NCBI RefSeq assembly: GCF_037042905.1
Contig: NC_087245.1
Span: 310,001 to 374,000 of the forward strand
DNA: 64,000 bases
From: Lytechinus pictus
Lineage: Eukaryota
Reading direction: 5' to 3'
The stretch's first letter is position 1, and each line of letters starts with the position of its first letter. The position numbers and the translations under genes were made by a program. The notes under the pieces were generated by a model that was not told where the DNA came from, searched no databases, and was given only the letters and a program-made list of their open reading frames with translations. Of this stretch, positions 51,050-64,000 are shown in pieces.

Positions 51050-52853
51050 GTATACATGTCCTATGTTTTGTATTAAGGTCACACATAATTATCGAGAGCC
51101 ATTTTAATCTGCTCTGAAATGCGTAATGGAGTAGAAGTATATATTAAAAAAATGGAAGAGTTACAGGTAAAGACCATCATGATTTGAAGAAAATAGGCAA
51201 GATGGCGTTTTGCGGTGCTACTGCTGATTTGTGAATTGGGAGGATAATTCCCTGAAAACCACACGTAAGCCCTTCGAATCAACCTGATATAGGTATAGAA
51301 TATGCGTTGAAAATCGAGAGGTTTGTCTTCTATACCTCTGCCCACCCCTACACACAGAGAGACTGGTGTCTATATATGGTATTAATCAATACAACCATCG
51401 ATCGATACATTTGCCCACTATTTGGACACCAGTCTCCAAGTAATTGGGAAGACGCGCATATAGAAATTGATTTGTTTGTATAAATTAAAGTAAGAATTTC
51501 GAGAGTCGTATCCCACCCGATGCTTCCAATTTGATCAAATTGAGCTGATTTTTAAACCACTTTTATGAGGGATTCGTCACGAACAAATCGTTCATATTTA
51601 GAAGATGAGTAATGCACAAGGTTTATCGGATATATTTTGTCATATGATAATGCCCGAGTAATTTATTGATGAATTTGTTAATCACTTACTCGGGCATTGT
51701 TGGATAAACCGAAATATATATAGAAAACAGAATATAGAGAAAGTATTATAAGTTGAAAAACAATGAAACCAAAGAATTTATCAGCGCCAAAATTTGTAGG
51801 GAAACCATAGAAACAGTGATAACACTGCGTCAGATGTTCTGATGGCCGCAGTTCTAAAATAGCTATTGTCATTGGATCTGTGTAGTCTAGATACACTACT
51901 AGTTAATCGCTTATAAGAAAAATTGAAATGAAAGATAATCACGAAAAAACAAACCACAAATAAACATCTCGATTAGTCGATAAATAAAATGTAGAACATG
52001 TTTTTAATTGTGCTTAACGACTTTAGGAAAAGGCTCTTTATTAATTTATTTAACTGCTTTATCAGCTGGAATGAAATGAGTTCATGATATCATCTTGAAC
52101 TCTGAACTACTGAATTAGAATATAATTATTCTCCCCGCTCACTTGACCAAATATGTTTAAGAAATCTGAGTAACAAGGCAAACCTTTCTATTTTGACTAC
52201 GATGTCATCCATGTGAGTTAAATTACCAGCACACAACGAAAAAACAATAGGAATTGCATTTTCCCTTATACTTAAGAGAAGCGTTGTGTCAGTGTACGCC
52301 AAACTTGTCGCCGTGAAAAGATCTGAGCCTGTTTAACTGTTATGTTGCATTCCTCTCGGACCAAACACAAAATCACCAGAATTCGTAGATGGAATGTCAA
52401 ACACACACATCTTTTTATACACCCAAAATGATAGATAGTGTAACTTTAGCAGGTTTTATTCGCAATTACCATGGCTATTCTAACCCTTTAATACCAGAGA
52501 CCTGGTAACGTCAACGTATTATAATTATGGTTTTGTTTGGTCGAGAGTTGATTTAAATGTGACTTTGAAATTATTAATGTGCTATTTTCAACTGTTGCTT
52601 CAGTTGCCTCTCTTCATTCCCCATTCGTGAGAACGAGGGCAGGTATATTGGATAAGTAAAACCTTTAATACTTTTGATAGTAGTAAAATGTATTAAAACA
52701 AACAGCATAATGCCATTGATAAAAATTCAAATTGATAAATATTCACATTTGTATAGTCGAACATTTATTGTTCAAATAGACACAATTCAATAATAGACTA
52801 GGTACAACTTAAAACTAAGGGTTGAGAGAATAGTATAAGAAAGAGAACTTGCA

Positions 52854-53028
52854 CACTCTTAAAATGTTGGGCAACATATTGTCCACACAACAATTGGTTA
52901 AAAAATGTATCCAACTCTGGTTAGTTTTCAACCCAAAGTACACATTATTATTTAAAAACTACCTCGAATTGGATAAAGTTTTAACCAATTGTTGTGTGGA
53001 CAGTATGTTGCTCAACATTTTAAGAGTG
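52854..53028. mobile_element. CAC..GTG MITE with 2-bp TSD (EnSpm-like)
   Basis: CA|CACTCTTAAAATGTTG...CAACATTTTAAGAGTG|CA, ~50-bp TIR; a degenerate relative lies at about 42050-42245. Confidence 0.8.
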
Positions 53029-55432
53029 CAGGAAAGAAGAGAAGAAGGGGAATGAAAGAGGATAGGAGTTACAGAGGATAGGAGATAGTGATGAACGAAC
53101 GATGATGAACGACATGGCTTGGATGAGCTGACAGGATGATGAAACGGGAAGAAATATGCTAAGTGTGAGAAGGTAAGAAAAAGGAAAGCTTCACAAAGAA
53201 AGGAGATCAGAGAAAGTAAGGGAAATGAAGGAGAAAAATAGATAAAAGATTAAGGGAGGAAAACCAAAAACAATGAAAAAGTAATTAATTGCATTGAATA
53301 GAATATCAAAAATGTTTGTATTACCGTCACATTCACAATATCATATAATAATGTATAGCAGAGCAACAATTAGAGGCACAGTGGAAAATATGGAAAGGAA
53401 AACAGTGACGGAAAAGAAAGAAAAAGAAGAAAGAGAGAATGCAAAGCATTCAAAACAATGTAATAATTAATGGAAAACGAAATTGAAAGAAAAGAAAAAA
53501 CCTGCGTGTACATGAAAAAACGTCTGAAGACACATATCGACATAGTAAATCATGCAAACATAGGATTGTAAATTATTAAAAGGATCTTGAGAAGTCTTTT
53601 AAGTTTGGAAAATTCAGTCAAATTCTGTCACATTCATTATTTTCCATCGTGATTGTAGCTCTAGAAAGGTGATATGAATCATGAATAAAATCTTTTTCTG
53701 TTCGTACTAATGAAGGTCAAAGTAATATTTTTCATGAAGTATAGACTCTATCCTAGCAATGAAATTGGTGAGCAAGGTAGAAAACGTATTAAATTTTACA
53801 CGAGATGGGTTTTATGCGTTGCTACCAGAGCTAAATAAAGCGAGGATAAATTGATTCGATCCATCGTAAAAAATGAAAATAAGATGAGCTTAAAACGAAT
53901 CCGTGGTCTTCTCGAAATTAACATCATTCCTCATTCGGTTGATGAGATCACACTAATTGCATTTGAAATCATATGCCATCTATAAGTGCAATAATCGCTT
54001 CTTCTTGAGTACTGAAAATGTAAAACAAAGGTATTTATTTTCAAGACATTGCTAGTAATTGACTTTTTCATTTTTCCCTTCACAATTTGCAACCCCCACA
54101 ATCTTCCACTATACCTTGGTATTTGAGTCAACCACCCCTCTATGTTCCAAGTTCAACAATATTATTGAGTACTTATTTTTTCAGCTCTTCTATAATCATT
54201 ATAAAAGATGCACATTTTGCTTCTATTTTCTTCCTTGCTTTTACCACACATATCCTCCCCTTTTCCTCCTACTCTCTTTAATTCGATTTATAATACACAC
54301 AAAGTCATTATGTAGACCAGTCCAGCCCCATTCTGCTTATTCGTAGTCAGGGTCTAATTAAAAAGATTGGAATAGTAATTAATTTGACAAACATCGTGTA
54401 CCGAAAGCCTCCCGTTGAATTATCTTCCCTGTCGCCATTCGCCATGCACTGCAAACTAAACTTACATGATAAAAGGGGCTTAAATTTAAGTAATTGGAAA
54501 TCCATTTCCACTGTCTGTATCGGTCTTCTTTGCATTAGCTGCGATAAAAGTCTCGTGGCATATAATGTATATACAGAGTTGGACATTATGTGCAAGTAAT
54601 TAGGACGTTGTACTTGCATGGATGATGAAATTAATCATAATTAAAATCTATATTAGTTCATTCAAGGTATGCATGATGTGAATTTCACGTGTTTTAAGAA
54701 ATGAAATGGGCCACTTATGTACGAAAGAATGAAATGCTATTGCTGGTCAATCATGTGCAAAGTATTGGTAAATAAAACCATTTAGATTGTATTGGGTGTA
54801 AATGAATTCCATAATATACATTTTAAACTATGTATAGGCCTTCTAGGTTGATGATTTTAATGTAAGAATAAAATATGACTGCTGATATGCAAAACTGTCT
54901 ATAATACACAATACCGATCACTAATGTCACGCATCTGTTTGTATGTACCAATTGCATTATTATTAACGATGAAAGCGACATCAGGGAAAGTCCACATAAA
55001 TCTTAAGGTACAGAAATGCGAAACCTAAAGTACATTTAGAAATCAAAAGAGCCAATGATATTGCCCTTTAATAGTTGATACTGATTTTTGTAAAAGTCAA
55101 TTATTTGCGCTTCATTTCCTTGATGTTCGTAGGCTTGTGGTTGCCAACAGCAACACCAAATGACTTGAAATCACGATTTTCCTGTCAAATACCAATTGTG
55201 ATACTCTTCTTAGCAGACGACATTTAACTTAAGATTTCAGTATAGGAACCGCCGGAAATACGGCATATTTTCCGAGGTCTATCCTAACACCAGCCACATT
55301 TCAAGTACGGCGTTATGACTGATGTTATTGGTGTAACAACACCAATACCATATTTTAACAATAAACCTGAAATCACCGGGTGTAGCTGGTATCGGCGTTT
55401 GTGTTATCACTAGGTTCTACATAGTGCTTAAA

Positions 55433-55898
55433 TAATTATTAATATAATAATATAGGATTTGTATAGCGCACGTATCCACCTTGATAGGTGCTCGAGGCGC
55501 TCGTATTATCCCGGCTAGGCTAGTCTACCGATTTTGGTGCGCACAGCTTTTTGAGGAATTACTTCCTGCCGTTACCCATTTACCTCACCTGGTGGGTGTT
55601 TCATAAAGCTGTTCGTAAGTTAAGAGCGACTTTAAGAACGACTGGTGATACTTTCTTGTGGAAAATGCGGGGGAAAATGGTATATTCATTGACGATGGTT
55701 ACGCGTGTAAGAAAGGTTCACCAGTCGTTCTTAAAGTCGCTCTTAACTTACGAACAGCTTTATGAAACGGCCCCAGGGTTGAGTGCAGCACAATGTGGAT
55801 AAATTTCTTGCTGAAGGAAAACACGCCATGGCTTTGAATCGAACCCATATCCTTCAGATTGAAAGACAAGAATCTTTACCACTAACCACGACGCCCCC
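55433..55898 (-). mobile_element. tRNA-derived SINE interrupted by a MITE
   Basis: Collinear with 11150-11416 on both sides of the 55592-55773 insertion. Confidence 0.85.
55592..55773. mobile_element. Harbinger-like MITE with ~55-bp TIR
   Basis: gtttcataaagctgttcgtaagttaagagcgactttaagaacgactggtga and its exact inverse; CTG/CAG flanks; degenerate copy at about 32358-32490. Confidence 0.8.
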
Positions 55899-58800
55899 AA
55901 ATGATTCATTGTTAGCCACATCTGGTGTTGATATTAGTGTTACCACTAGGTTGTACACAGTGCTGAAATGATTCATTGTTAGCCATCTCTGTGGTTGGTG
56001 CTGGTGTTATCAGTAAGTTGTACAGAGTGATTAAATGATTCATTGTTAGCCACCTCTGGTGTTGGTGTGTGTGTTACCGCTAGGTTGTACACAATGCTTA
56101 AATGATTCATTGTAAGCCACCTCTTGTGTTGGTGTGTGTGTTACCACTCGGTTGTACGCAGTGCTTAAATGATTTATTGTTAGCCACCTCTGGTGTTGTG
56201 TTAGTGTTATCACCGTGATCTACACAGTGCTTAAAACGTTCATTGTTAGCCACTTCTGGTGTTGGTGTTACCACTCGGTTATACACAGTGCTTAAATGAT
56301 TAATTGTTAGCCACCTCTGGGGTTGGTCCAGGTGTTATCAGTAGGTTGTACACAGGGATTAAATGATTCATTGTTAGCCACCTCTGGTGTTGGTATTAGT
56401 GTTTTCACTGGGTTGTACACAGTGCTTAAATGATTAATTGTTAGCCACCTCTGGTGTTGGTGTTAGTGTTATCACCATGATCTACACAGTGCTTAAAATA
56501 CTTATTGTTAGCCACCTCTGGTGTTGTGTTAGTGTTATCACCGTGATATACACAGTGCTTAAAATACTTATTGTTAGACACCTCCGGTGTTGGTGTGTGT
56601 TACCGCTAGTTTGTACACAATGCTTAAATGATTCATTGTTAGCCACCTCTTGTGTTGGTGTGTGTGTTACCACTCGGTTGTACGCAGTTCTTAAATGATT
56701 TATTGTTAGCCACCTCTGGTGTTGTGTTAGTGTTATCACCGTGATCTACACAGTGCTTAAAACATTCATTGTTAGCCACCTCTGGTGTTGGTGTTACCAC
56801 TCGGTTATACACAGTGCTTAAATGATTAATTGTTAGCCACCTCTGGGGTTGGTGCTGGTGTTATTAGTAGGTTGTACACAGTGATTAAATGATTCATTGT
56901 TAGCCACCTCTGGTGTTGGTATTAGTGTTTTCACTGGGTTGTACACAGTGCTTAAATGATTCATTGTTAGCCACCTCTGGTGTTGGTGTTAGTGTTATCA
57001 CCATGATCTACACAGTGCTTAAAATACTTATTGTTAGCCACCTCTGGTGTTGGTGTGTGTGTTACCACTCGGTTGTACACAGTGCTTAAATGATTCATTG
57101 TTAGCCACCTCTTGTGTTGGTGTGTGTGTTACCACTCGGTTGTACACAGTGCTTAAATGATTCATTGTTAGCCACCTGTGGTGTTGGTGTGTGTGTTACC
57201 ACTCGGTTGTACACAGTGCTTAAATGATTTATTGTTAGCCACCTCTGGTGTTGTGTTAGTGTTATCACCGTGATATACACAGTGCTTAAAATACTTATTG
57301 TTAGACACCTCTGGTGTTGGATTGTGTTACCGCTAGTTTGTACACAATGCTTAAATGCTTCATTGTTAGCCACCTCTGGTGTTGGTGTGTGTGTTACCAC
57401 TCGGTTGTACACAATGCTTAAATGATTCATTGTTAGCCACCTCTGGTGTTGGTGTGTGTGTTACCGCTCGGTTGTACGCAGTGCTTAAATGGTTCATTTT
57501 TAGCCACCTCTGGTGTTGGTGTGTGTGTTACCACTCGGTTGTACACAGTGCTTAAATGATTCATTGTTAGCCACCTCTGGTGTTGGTGTGTGTGTTACCA
57601 CTCGGTTGAACACAATGCTTAAATGATTAATTTTTAGCCACCTCTGGTGTTGGTGTGTGTGTTACCACTCGGTTGTACACAGTGCTTAAATGATTCATTG
57701 TTAGCCACCTCTGGTGTTGGTGTGTGTGTTACCACTCGGTTGTACACAGTGCTTAAATGATTCATTGTTAGCCACCTCTGGTGTTGGTGTGTGTGTTACC
57801 ACTCGGTTGTACACAATGCTTAAATGATTCATTGTTAGCCACCTCTGGTGTTGGTGTGTGTGTTACCACTCGGTTATACACAGTGCTTAAATGATTCATT
57901 GTTAGCCACCTCTGGTGTTGGTGTTAGTGTTATCACCGTGATCTACACAGTGCTTAAAATACTTATTGTTAGACACCTCTGGTGTTGGTGTGTGTTACCG
58001 CTAGTTTGTACACAATGCTTAAATGATTCATTGTTAGCCACCTCTGGTGTTGGTGTGTGTGTTACCACTCGGTTGTACACAATGCTTAAATGATTAATTA
58101 AAGCCACCTCTGGTGTTGGTGTGTGTGTTACCGCTCGGTTGTACACAGTGCTTAAATGATTAATTTTTAGCCACCTCTGGTGTTGGTGTTAGTGTTATCG
58201 CCGTGATCTACACAGTGCGTAAAATACTTATTGTTAGACACCTCTGGTGTTGGTGTGTGTGTTACCACTCGGTTGTACACAGTGCTTAAATGATTCATTG
58301 TTAGCCACCTCTGGTGTTGGTGTTAGTGTTATCACCGTGATCTACACAGTGCTTAAAATACTTATTGTTAGACACCTCTGGTGTTGGTGTGTGTTACCGC
58401 TAGTTTGTACACAATGCTTAAATGATTCATTGTTAGCCACCTCTGGTGGTGGTGTGTGTGTTACCACTCGGTTGTACACAATGCTTAAATGATTCATTGT
58501 TAGCCACCTCTGGTGTTGGTGTGTGTGTTACCGCACGGTTGTACACAGTGCTTAAATGATTTATTGTTAGCCACCTCTGGTGTTGTGTTAGTGCTATCAC
58601 CGTGATATACACAGTGCTTAAAATACTTATTGTTAGACACCTCTGGTGTTGGATTGTGTTACCGCTAGTTTGTACACAATGCTTAAATGCTTCATTGTTA
58701 GCCACCTCTGGTGTTGGTGTGTGTGTTACCACTCGGTTGTACACAATGCTTAAATGATTCATTGTTAGCCACCTCTGGTGTTGGTGTGTGTGTTACCGCT

Positions 58801-60242
58801 CGGTTGTACGCAGTGCTTAAATGGTTCATTTTTAGCCACCTCTGGTGTTGGTGTGTGTGTTACCACTCGGTTGTACACAGTGCTTAAATAATTCATTGTT
58901 AGCCACCTCTGGTGTTGGTGTGTGTGTTACCACTCGGTTGAACACAATGCTTAAATGATTAATTTTTAGCCACCTCTGGTGTTGGTGTGTGTGTTACCAC
59001 TCGGTTGTACACAGTGCTTAAATGATTCATTGTTAGCCACCTCTGGTGTTGGTGTGTGTGTTACCACTCGGTTGTACACAGTGCTTAAATGATTCATTGT
59101 TAGCCACCTCTGGTGTTGGTGTGTGTGTTACCACTCGGTTGTACACAATGCTTAAATGATTCATTGTTAGCCACCTCTGGTGTTGGTGTGTGTGTTACCA
59201 CTCGGTTATACACAGTGCTTAAATGATTCATTGTTAGCCACCTCTGGTGTTGGTGTTAGTGTTATCACCGTGATCTACACAGTGCTTAAAATACTTATTG
59301 TTAGACACCTCTGGTGTTGGTGTGTGTTACCGCTAGTTTGTACACAATGCTTAAATGATTCATTGTTAGCCACCTCTGGTGTTGGTGTGTGTGTTACCAC
59401 TCGGTTGTACACAATGCTTAAATGATTAATTGTTAGCCACCTCTGGTGTTGGTGTGTGTGTTACCGCTCGGTTGTACACAGTGCTTAAATGATTAATTTT
59501 TAGCCACCTCTGGTGTTGGTGTTAGTGTTATCGCCGTGATCTACACAGTGCGTAAAATACTTATTGTTAGACACCTCTGGTGTTGGTGTGTGTGTTACCA
59601 CTCGGTTGTACACAGTGCTTAAATGATTCATTGTTAGCCACCTCTGGTGTTGGTGTTAGTGTTATCACCGTGATCTACACAGTGCTTAAAATACTTATTG
59701 TTAGACACCTCTGGTGTTGGTGTGTGTTACCGCTAGTTTGTACACAATGCTTAAATGATTCATTGTTAGCCACCTCTGGTGTTGGTGTGTGTGTTACCAC
59801 TCGGTTGTACACAATGCTTAAATGATTCATTGTTAGCCACCTCTGGTGTTGGTGTGTGTGTTACCGCACGGTTGTACACAGTGCTTAAATGATTCATTTT
59901 TAGCCACCTCTGGTGTTGGTGTTAGTGTTATCGCCGTGATCTACACAGTGCGTAAAATACTTATTGTTAGACACCTCTGGTGTTGGTGTGTGTTACCGCT
60001 AGTTTGTACACAATGCTTAAATGATTCATTGTTAGCCATCTCTGATGTTGATGTGTGTGTTACCACTCGGTTGTACACAGTGCTTAAATGATTCATTGTT
60101 AGCCACCTCTTGTGTTGGTGTGTGTGTTACCACTCGGTTGTACGTAGTTCTTAAATGATTCATTGTTAGCCACATCTGGTATTGATGTAAGTGTTATCAC
60201 TAGGTTCAACACAATGCTTAAATGATTCATTGTTAGCCACCT
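55899..60242. repeat. 67-bp minisatellite, about 65 copies (4.3 kb), in the intron after coding exon 3
   Basis: Unit tgattcattgttagccacctctggtgttggtgtgtgtgttaccactcggttgtacacagtgcttaaa. Confidence 0.97.
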
Positions 60243-60419
60243 ATATCTGCAGTAGATATTAATGTACTATTTTATGTTATCATTATTTACTCAACTAGTT
60301 GAGTAGTCGTGACAGATGTCTTCAATTCTTTTACATTCTTGTATGCCTAACCAAACTCTCACAAACACTTTTTTTTTTAAACAAATGCACACCAAGTTAC
60401 CAATAATGCATATAGCATT

Positions 60420-60555
60420 TCCATTTATTTGAAATCAGGATAAAAGAGCATTGTACATTAAATGCCTTGCTCACGGGCATAGGTACCGCGGCCGGGGATC
60501 GAACCCCGGACTTTCAATGTATAGCCAGGCGCCTTAGACCACTCGGCCACGGCAC
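60420..60555 (-). mobile_element. tRNA-derived SINE head (different family)
   Basis: Minus strand gtggccgagtggtctaaggcgcc...ggggttcgatcccc A/B boxes, followed by gcccgtgagcaaggcattta CORE-like sequence. Confidence 0.7.
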
Positions 60556-63467
60556 ACACACGCACACCCTCACACACCCACACACGCATTTACATGCCTT
60601 CACAAGCGCAAAAACAGCATTAAAAAAACCCAAAACAGTAAAATACTAATAAACAATCTTCATACATATTTCTCCACTAATCCATCCAGACGTCTAAGTA
60701 ATTCATATATACATGTATCCCTGATAAGAAATGTCTTTCACAGTTTCATGTATTATTACATCTATTTTGTAGGATAAAGAAGTTAATTATCTTGCGGCCA
60801 ACGCAATTGTCATACAAACAAATACAAGCTTGAGAGTTATCAAGTATTCATCTAAGAGCTTATGTAAAATACTTATGAAGGGTTGTTAAGAAGCGAATTA
60901 CCGCTTTGTTTTATTTTGTGTGGTTGGGGATGTAGGTGCGTGTTAGCGCACCTTGTCGAAAAGGGTTCTATTGATACTTTCATCAATATCTTTAATGCTT
61001 TTTTTATTCTTTGTTTATATGCTTTGGCATGCTACGCATTTTAAACCCCATCATCTGTTCTTTCTGTCTTTGGATATCAGACATAAGGGACATGGAATAC
61101 ACATTGACGATCTTTGGTTTCCATGGTGATTCTTCTTTTTGAATTAGGCGGGATATTCACAGACACGTTCCAATTGCTCGCAGGCAATTTCCCAGCCTTT
61201 TGCCAAGTTGAAATCATAGAAATCAGAATGTAATTTCTGAGTATAATGAAAATATTAGAAAGAGGAGAAGACTCTTCCTGTCTTAACTATTTCTAATTCA
61301 TATCAAATTAATGTTTAATGTTAAAAAATTGTTCTATTTGGTTATTAGGCCGAGTAATAAACGTGCTGGACTGGCGGGCGGTAGCAAAGAACAGTGAGGA
61401 CCCATTCTGTCAAAGTTTAGCGTAGGAAATAGGAAACTAAGTTATTTTCGTCAAAACGTTTTAAAAACGTTACGCCATTTTGATTAAGGGGAAATTGATA
61501 TATGTTTTATGGTCATTTCAGCACCAAATTTATGTATAGAAACACTGAGTTAAAGGCCATCTGATTTATTTTGTGTATATTTTACGTTATAAAAAATAGT
61601 TGTATTCATACGACTCTATCCGTTTTTATTCATCTGCTAATCATGAATTATGAAATATGGGTCAATTTCATTTAATTATTATATATATCCTTTAATCGTA
61701 TTCTTTGTCAAAGCATTCGATGTGTTAAGAATAATTTGTATTTGAATAGTTGAACGGATCTGGAAAATTTAGTATTTTTTCTCAAATGTTTTTCTTTATA
61801 TTTTTTGCTGATTTAAACTGTGAAATTTGTTTAAATATAGTCTTGGGGATTTCTCTTCTAATCAAAATATTTCCAATTCGATTGGTTTCCATATGTTTTC
61901 ATTTGAACATCAAATTTTTGGATTTCAATCCGTTTTGTAGGTTCTTGGAAAAAAAATATCTTTTTTCTGTGATCCGACTGAAATTCTTGGTGAACGGGCA
62001 AAATATTTAAAAAAGCAAATCTTTCTTGCAACAGTATGTGTTTTTAGATGAGAAATTTGGAATAACAAATTACAATCAATGTACACTTGTATTATTTTGT
62101 ATTGAACGACTTTTATAACGCCATGGGAAATGATGGGTTAGTCAGAGAATTACGAGAAATTCTGTAACATGTGATCATAACCGACCTGTATGATTAGATT
62201 AACCTATGATAGTCAGTCTATGTATTTCCAAATTCCATCCACTATGCTTTTATATAAGTTTCAATGACGAAAGTCTGAGTTTCGCCAATACAGCGCCCCC
62301 CCCCCCCCTTGATTATTAAATTGAAAATTATTAATCAATTGAATGTGTAGTATGAGGAAGCTCATCTCATGTCCTAACTTCTTTGAAAATGTCATTGGTT
62401 TCGCTGAAGTGGTTTTGAATACACAGTCTATTATGTATAACGGTTGTGCTTTCCAACCCATTCCAAGTTTCCATACATGCAGCACTGTTACTATTGCTGT
62501 TCGTTCTGCACTGCCTAGCATATCAACCTTTGATGATTCAGAATCTGATCGGGGAATTCCCTTTAGCTGACAGGAAATCTGTATGATCTAACTAGGCTCA
62601 TCAAATCACAACCTTGCATGTTCAGAAGAGCAACAACAGTACCTGACAATTCTTCTCAAGTTTGATGAGAGATGCACAATGATGGAAACAACAGGCCATG
62701 TCTGTTTCATGCCTAATCCCAACAATATTGCATTGATGTTTTCATGTCTTTTTTATTACGAGTTTATTATGAGCTCAAGTTAGTTCACTGTCCTTTTTTA
62801 GTGAAAAAAAAATCAATTTTCACAAGTAATGTTCGCTTTCGCAAAGTGTGATACACTTGTGGTTTGCCCTTCATTGTTCAGCTTATTTACTTATCCATCA
62901 TTCATATTTTCTTGCATGTTGGTGCACTGATCCCCTATCAATCATTACAAAAACTTCATTTTTAATGAGTCTTACCCTTCTGCACTTGCTCAATTTTATG
63001 ATTTGATGAGCCTGGATAGATGAGAGAAATGTCCCTGCTCAGATCCTGGATGGTAGGTGGGTGTTAACATGCTAAAGACAATGTAGAAATACTACCACAT
63101 CTTGGAATTAATTCATCCCTTGTTTAGAGGGATTTTTTGGGGGGACGCGCTGTACCCCCAAGTGTTATTGAGATGGCGTCATCACAATCTTTGACATAAT
63201 TAACAAGCTTACGTGAATGACCACCGCTAAAGAGGGGGTAACGTCTATATTTACCTTGCTCTTCAAGACATTGTCTTCGGTTCAGAAGGTACAGCAATTT
63301 AATGCAAGAAAAAAATCATGTACTTTAGTGTCAATTATATACTCAAACCTCGATGATTGTTTTATTATAATCACAGAATCATCTCCCCTTTCTAACGAGC
63401 TCCTTACTGATATACCTTTTGCAGCCATTTGCACCCGCAGTAAAAGATTAACTGATATCCCGAAGAA

Positions 63468-63732
63468 CATGACCGTAAGCAGCCGGGGGCAGGGGCAGCT
63501 GCCCCCCCCCCCCCTTCACCGGAATTTTTGAAAATTTAATTTTTGCAGAAAATTTACACAAAATATACCAAAAGTATGCAAGAAATTCTTCAATTTCACT
63601 TTACCTAATTCAAAGACACCCAAATTACGAGTTTGCTCGCTTCGCTCCCTCGCTTTTGAGTTTTTCATAAAAGATTACGCACCCTGCCCCCCCCCCCCCC
63701 CAGCACTAAAAAAAAGTGAGCGTACGGCCTTG
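63468..63732. mobile_element. hAT-like MITE
   Basis: CATGACCGTA...TACGGCCTTG ends, poly-C tracts, gctcgcttcgctc motif; TSD degraded. Confidence 0.55.
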
Positions 63733-64000
63733 CTAAAAAAAATGCTAAAACATATATAGCGGTAAACCCTTACTTGTGTCTCATGTAAAGTATCCCTCTA
63801 TAAGTGACGGACAGAATGTTCGCTTTTCTTTTCTCTCTCTTTCTGTTCCTGTCTTTTGAAATGTCTCATTGAGATGAATAAAATATTTAAATCATAACCC
63901 CTTTTAATTAGATATTAAAGTACCTTCAGATTTTCAAAATTGTCCATACATTTAAGATGATTGGCATTTTTCTCTTTGTCCTCTCCCTCTTACCTACTAT

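Noticed and set aside
55899..60242. CRISPR-like array or repetitive protein ORFs in the 67-bp repeat
   Set aside because: The whole unit is repeated with no unique spacers and no cas genes, the context is a eukaryotic intron, and the ORFs are short translations of the monomer.
60420..60555. tRNA gene (also 11330-11416, 41020-41090, 34060-34115)
   Set aside because: A/B boxes are present but no complete cloverleaf was evident; most continue into SINE body sequence, so they are SINE heads or decayed remnants.
61750..62010. IFFADLN as the missing ILFADIV catalytic exon
   Set aside because: No GFT or other downstream cyclase residues, low-complexity Phe/Ile-rich frame, no suitable acceptor.

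Overview
AT-rich, repeat-dense animal genomic DNA. The repeat architecture (TU-like foldback, Tsp/HINE-like arrays, tRNA-SINEs, poly-G MITEs) suggests a sea urchin or other echinoderm; this is an inference. One host gene is supported: the first three coding exons of a + strand transmembrane adenylyl cyclase closely resembling ADCY3 (35005-35673, 45356-45505, 46409-46527). The next exon (catalytic C1a domain) is not found in the window and probably starts just beyond base 64000. Most of the rest is nested non-autonomous transposons and tandem repeats. The most striking structure is a run of long-palindrome (foldback) elements with different termini/TSD signatures upstream of the gene: a near-perfect 3.9-kb palindrome (TAT..ATA ends, 6-bp TSD, IS3EU-like) with promoter-like motifs mirrored in both arms, two Academ-like foldbacks, and a Sola2-like 2.6-kb palindrome. 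A TU-like element sits in the intron after the first coding exon. Two long intronic minisatellites (66 and 67 bp units) show higher-order repeats. No CRISPR array, intact transposase, tRNA or rRNA gene was seen. Superfamily calls rest on termini and TSD rules only, not on database searches.
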